Assembly (NCBI GenBank): GCA_963806225.1
Contig: CAWDXG010000004.1
Location: forward strand, 576,001 to 640,000
Direction: 5' to 3'
From: an uncultured delta proteobacterium
Lineage (GTDB): Bacteria; Myxococcota_A; Polyangia; Polyangiales; Polyangiaceae
Length of the DNA stretch: 64,000 nt
Under the pieces are notes generated by a model. It worked only from the letters and a program-made list of their open reading frames with translations. It searched no databases and had not been told where the DNA came from. This document shows, one piece after another, positions 60,174 to 64,000 of this stretch (position 1 is its first letter; the number at the start of each line of letters is the position of its first letter). The translations under genes and the position numbers were made by a program.

Positions 60174-61727
60174 CTAGCGGTAGGGGTTCGACATGTCGAC
60201 GGCGTCGTTCTTGTGTTTCGGCGGGCTGGCCGTCGCATTTGGCTGCGTGTGCACGACCGGCGCCGGCCGGGGGTGGAAATGGTGCACAGCCGGAGTGGCC
60301 GGCTTCTCGCTGCTGGCCGAAGCCCCGGGCTGGGCCCCCGCGTCGGCCTCGGCACTCCCGGCCGGCTTCGCGCTGTGAGCGGCTTCGACCGCGCTTGGCG
60401 GCACAGCCGGCGCGTGCTTGGCGGCGACGACCGCGGTGCTGGACGCGACCGGGCGGGAAGCCGTCGCGTCCTCTGTCCTCGCGGCCGACCGGAAAGCAAA
60501 GAAGATGGCGGCCCCACCCACCACTGCCAGCGCCACAACCAGACCGAGCACGAGCGGGGTCTTCGAGCGGTGGGGCTGGGCCGCAGGGGCGTAGCCGGTG
60601 GGGTAGCTCGCAACTCCCGACTGCGACTGCTCGGGCAGCGCCATCGCGGCTGCCGAGACGCTCGACGCGGGGCTGGCGCCGGGCTGGCTCGGAAGCCTTC
60701 CTTGCGCCATCGCGACCTGGCTCGGCTCGCTGCGCGCGAGCCAGGCGCGGACGGCCTCGCGGGCCTGGGAAATCTCGTTGCCGATCACCTCCGAGACGTA
60801 GGCAGCGACCTCGCGCGTGGCGGCGATCTCACCGGCCGTGATCGCGGCGCGCTCGAGGGCGTCCGCAAACTGCGCGCACGTCGCGAAGCGCTTTTGCGGA
60901 TCGCGCTCCAGCGCCTTCATGCACACGGCGGCGATCTGCGGGTTGATATCGGGAGCTATTGTGGTCAGAAGCGGAATGGGCTCGGAGATGACACGTGAGA
61001 GCGTCGCGGCTTCGTTCTCCGACTTGAACAGCCGGCGTGCGGCCAGGACCTCCCACAGCACAATGCCGGACGAGAACACGTCCGCTCGCCGATCAACGTC
61101 GGACTTTCCGGTCGCCTGCTCCGGTGCCATGTACGCGATCTTGCCCTTGAGCTGTCCGACCCGCGTCGCCGTCAGCCGCGTAGCGGCGCGCGCCACCCCG
61201 AAATCCGTGATCCGCGAGATGCCGTCGACGCCCACCAGCACGTTCTGCGGCGACACGTCGCGATGGACGAGCTCCGTCGGCTGACCCATGTCGTCCTTCA
61301 ACTCGTGCGCGCCGTGCAGCCCAGCGAGCATGTCGAGGATGACGCGGATGCCGATCTTGACCGGAAGCTTGTTGCCCGAGGAAGCAGCCCGCGCCAGAAG
61401 CCGCGCCAGCGTGTCACCCTCGATGTATTCCATCACGAGGTAGTAGCCACGGTCGCTGGCCCCGACCTCGAGGATGGGAACGACGTTCGGATGATGGATA
61501 CCGGCTGCGAGCCGCGCTTCGTCGAGGAACATCTCGACGAACTCGTTCTCGGCGGCCAGATGCGGATGCAGCCGCTTGATCGCGACGAAGCGCTGGAAGC
61601 CACCGACGCCCGACAGCCGCGCCAGGAACACGGTCGCCATTCCACCCGACGCGATCTCCGCGACGAGCTCGTAGCGGTCGATCCGCTGGCGCCCTTCGGG
61701 GCCGTCGATGAGCTTGGCGGCAACCAC
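60174..61727 (-). CDS. Membrane-anchored Ser/Thr protein kinase
   Basis: IASGGMA, VAIK, HRDVSPQN, DFG and YMAPE motifs; one TM helix and a Pro/Ala-rich tail ending NPY. Confidence 0.95.
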   Translation of the reverse strand: MVAAKLIDGPEGRQRIDRYELVAEIASGGMATVFLARLSGVGGFQRFVAIKRLHPHLAAENEFVEMFLDEARLAAGIHHPNVVPILEVGASDRGYYLVMEYIEGDTLARLLARAASSGNKLPVKIGIRVILDMLAGLHGAHELKDDMGQPTELVHRDVSPQNVLVGVDGISRITDFGVARAATRLTATRVGQLKGKIAYMAPEQATGKSDVDRRADVFSSGIVLWEVLAARRLFKSENEAATLSRVISEPIPLLTTIAPDINPQIAAVCMKALERDPQKRFATCAQFADALERAAITAGEIAATREVAAYVSEVIGNEISQAREAVRAWLARSEPSQVAMAQGRLPSQPGASPASSVSAAAMALPEQSQSGVASYPTGYAPAAQPHRSKTPLVLGLVVALAVVGGAAIFFAFRSAARTEDATASRPVASSTAVVAAKHAPAVPPSAVEAAHSAKPAGSAEADAGAQPGASASSEKPATPAVHHFHPRPAPVVHTQPNATASPPKHKNDAVDMSNPYR

Positions 61728-61737
61728 CTGTGCGGCC

Positions 61738-62775
61738 CTAGAACCTTCCTTTTGCGCCTAGCGTGGCGCCATTGCCCACGCCGACCCACGGCTCGACGCT
61801 GAGGGCGCGAGCGGTCTTCTTCGTGTCCTTCTGGGGAGGTCCACCGCTCCAGTCCGTGGCGAACGCCCCCACAACAATGGTGACGACACCGAGGCCCGCT
61901 GTCACGCCGGCGAGGATGTTTGTCCTCAGCTGCCGGCTACGCCCATCGTCGTACAGGCTCTGGCAGTTGGATGCCCCGCTCGCGCAGGCCGCCTTCACCG
62001 TATCCGCTCCAGGGTTGGCCTTCGTGTCGATGCCGCTCCAGATCGTCACCCCACCGGCTGCCACGGTGAGACCTGTCCCGATCCAGAACACCAGCGGCGG
62101 CAACCCGCCGGACTTGACCTCCGCACCATGATCACCCGGTCCCGCCGGGCCCGGGCCCGGGCCCCTGCCCGTTCCGGCCGGCGTGGCCTTGTGCGTCGTC
62201 GGCCGGGGCTTGGGCGGCTCCTTGAAGCTCACGGAGGTCTGCCCGCCTTCTGTGGCCGTCACTTTCTGCGACGCATTCCGACCACCGGACCAGCCCGCGC
62301 GCAGCTCGTGCTCGCCGGGCTTGACGTAGACCGTCTTTTCCTTCGAAGCCCTGCCGAACGTCAGCTTGGTGCCAATCACGAGATCGCAGGGCGTGTTGCA
62401 CTGGACGTCAACGCGGTAGAGCTCCGTCTTGGCGCGTTTCAGCACCGAGCTGGCGATGTCCTTGATGCCCTGGTTGCCCGGATTGCGGGAGAGGCCGAGC
62501 GCAGCCAGCGTCGCGGCGCGATCGAGCTGCCCGGCCTTGTCGCGCGAACGGATCGCCAGCTCGAGGGTCTTCGCGCTCGGCGCATTTCGGTCCGCCGCCT
62601 CGAAGTGTTCCGCCGCCTCGGCGTAGTCCTTCGCCCGGTAAGCGTGCCGCCCCTGGTCGAATTCCGCGGCCGCTGCCTTGATCTGCTCGGCGGTCGGCGC
62701 GCTGTCCTGCGCGCCGGCGGCCCCCGCGACGGCCAGAACCATCGCGACTGCGGCAGCGCGTAGAAGGCATTTCAT
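61738..62775 (-). CDS. Secreted TPR plus PEGA-like protein
   Basis: Signal peptide, F.QG...Y...DY..AA..FE.A TPR, V.PG.H.L beta domain, C-terminal hydrophobic segments ending GRF. Confidence 0.75.
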   Translation of the reverse strand: MKCLLRAAAVAMVLAVAGAAGAQDSAPTAEQIKAAAAEFDQGRHAYRAKDYAEAAEHFEAADRNAPSAKTLELAIRSRDKAGQLDRAATLAALGLSRNPGNQGIKDIASSVLKRAKTELYRVDVQCNTPCDLVIGTKLTFGRASKEKTVYVKPGEHELRAGWSGGRNASQKVTATEGGQTSVSFKEPPKPRPTTHKATPAGTGRGPGPGPAGPGDHGAEVKSGGLPPLVFWIGTGLTVAAGGVTIWSGIDTKANPGADTVKAACASGASNCQSLYDDGRSRQLRTNILAGVTAGLGVVTIVVGAFATDWSGGPPQKDTKKTARALSVEPWVGVGNGATLGAKGRF

Positions 62776-62962
62776 CCCTGATCGACCTCCCACTTGTCGC
62801 ACTCGTTCCGTGCACAGGCTACACCGTATCGTCCGAAGCGGCGAGCTGACGACGCCAAATGTCTGCGCACAACGCAGCGCGTCAGTCCAGCTACGGATCC
62901 CACCGGCAACGGCAGCAATGTAGGTAGGTGTGCGCTGGTGCCCACGAGCCGCCCGAAAGCGA

Positions 62963-64000
62963 TCAGCTCATCGAGAGCAGCAACCGCTCCGGCTCCTCGA
63001 GGTACTCGATGATGGTCCGCGCGAAGGCCGCCCCCACATGGCCGTCGATGATGCGGTGATCGAACGACAAGCTGAGCAGCATCACGTCGCCAATCACGAT
63101 CTGCTCGTCCTTCACGACCGGCCGCCGCTTGATCTCGTGCACACCGAGGATCGCGACTTCGGGATAGTTGACGATGGGCGTCGCGAACAGACCACCCAGC
63201 TTGCCGAGCGACGTGATCGTGAACGACGACCCGCCGAGGTCCTCCATGCGCGTGCGTCCGTCCCGCGCATCCGCAGCGAGCCGATCGATCTCGCGAGCGA
63301 TTTCGATGACGCTCAGACGATCCGCACCGCGCACGACCGGCACCGTCAGCCCGGCCTCGGTCGCCGCCGCGATGCCGATGTCGAAGGTGTTGCGAAGCAC
63401 CATTTCCTGCGACGCGTCGTCGACCAGACAGTTGAGCGCGGGATGCTTCTTGAGCGCGGCGACGACGGCCTTCACGATGAGCGGCAGGAACGAGAGCTTC
63501 ACGCCCTCGCGCTCGGCAAAAGTCTGGCTGCGACTGCGCAGCGCCTTCAACGCGGTCACGTCGCACTCGTCGACGTAGGTGAAGTGGGCAGCGGTGTGCT
63601 TGGACCGCGCCATGTTCTCGTAGATGCGGCGGCGGATCCCCTTGATGGGCACGCGCCGTTCAGCCTCGCCGCTCGGCACCGGCGCCGGGCGCGGAGCTGG
63701 AACGGGGGCAGGCCTGGCAGCTGCAGGCGCCGGGCGCGCGGGCGCCGACGGGGCGGCGGCTGCGGCGCCCGGTTGGAAATTCTGCAAGTCCTCGCGGGTC
63801 ACCCGCCCGCCCGGGCCGCTGGGCTGCACGCGGCGTAGATCGACACCGAGCTCGCGCGCCAGCTTGCGCGTGGCCGGCGCAGCCAGCGGCTTTTCGTTGA
63901 AGTAGCCGCTGTCTGCCGCCGGGGCCTGCCGCTGCGCCTGTGCGGCGCGCCCCGCCTGGGCAATCCCCATCCCCGGCAGCGACTCGCGGATATCGCCAAC
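62963..64000 (-). CDS. 2-oxoacid dehydrogenase E2 dihydrolipoamide acyltransferase (N-terminus outside the window)
   Basis: E3-binding motif APATRKLARELGVDL..V..SGP.GRV, FTITSLG and the catalytic FDHRIIDG. Confidence 0.95.
   Translation of the reverse strand, partial: VGDIRESLPGMGIAQAGRAAQAQRQAPAADSGYFNEKPLAAPATRKLARELGVDLRRVQPSGPGGRVTREDLQNFQPGAAAAAPSAPARPAPAAARPAPVPAPRPAPVPSGEAERRVPIKGIRRRIYENMARSKHTAAHFTYVDECDVTALKALRSRSQTFAEREGVKLSFLPLIVKAVVAALKKHPALNCLVDDASQEMVLRNTFDIGIAAATEAGLTVPVVRGADRLSVIEIAREIDRLAADARDGRTRMEDLGGSSFTITSLGKLGGLFATPIVNYPEVAILGVHEIKRRPVVKDEQIVIGDVMLLSLSFDHRIIDGHVGAAFARTIIEYLEEPERLLLSMS

Noticed and set aside
60174..62775. Kinase plus TPR/PEGA pair as a novel system
   Set aside because: This pairing is very common in myxobacterial genomes; listed as features only.

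Overview
High-GC bacterial DNA with the gene style of Myxococcota (probably Polyangiales): Gly-rich and Cys-rich lipoproteins, a Ser/Thr kinase next to a TPR protein, and FHA proteins. The taxonomic call is inference. Most of the window is housekeeping: sdhCAB, cydAB, Fe-SOD, serC-serA-DUF1015, tsaC, purD, ddl, a dCMP deaminase, hisZ-purA, a ChdC/Cld-family protein, obgE, prs-rplY-pth-rpsF-rpsR-rplI-dnaB and a 2-oxoacid dehydrogenase E2. A decayed accessory island of about 9 kb (about 15.6-24.75 kb) ends in a tyrosine integrase whose ORF runs through a complete tRNA-Leu(CAA). The island holds a TetR/nitroreductase pair with a perfect 16-bp inverted repeat, an Rpn-like nuclease, many gene fragments and an operon of four tiny disulfide-hairpin lipoproteins. 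The best novelty candidates are: (1) a bacterial homologue of the eukaryotic histidine methyltransferase METTL9, split by a 1-nt frameshift, inside a GMC oxidoreductase/DUF2891 operon; (2) the four-lipoprotein operon; (3) three tandem FHA paralogues that share an unnamed C-terminal domain and an E-T-(L/I) linker motif; (4) the integrase/tRNA overlap. No CRISPR array or rRNA was seen. All family assignments come from motif recognition by eye, not database searches, and several start codons were re-chosen by hand.
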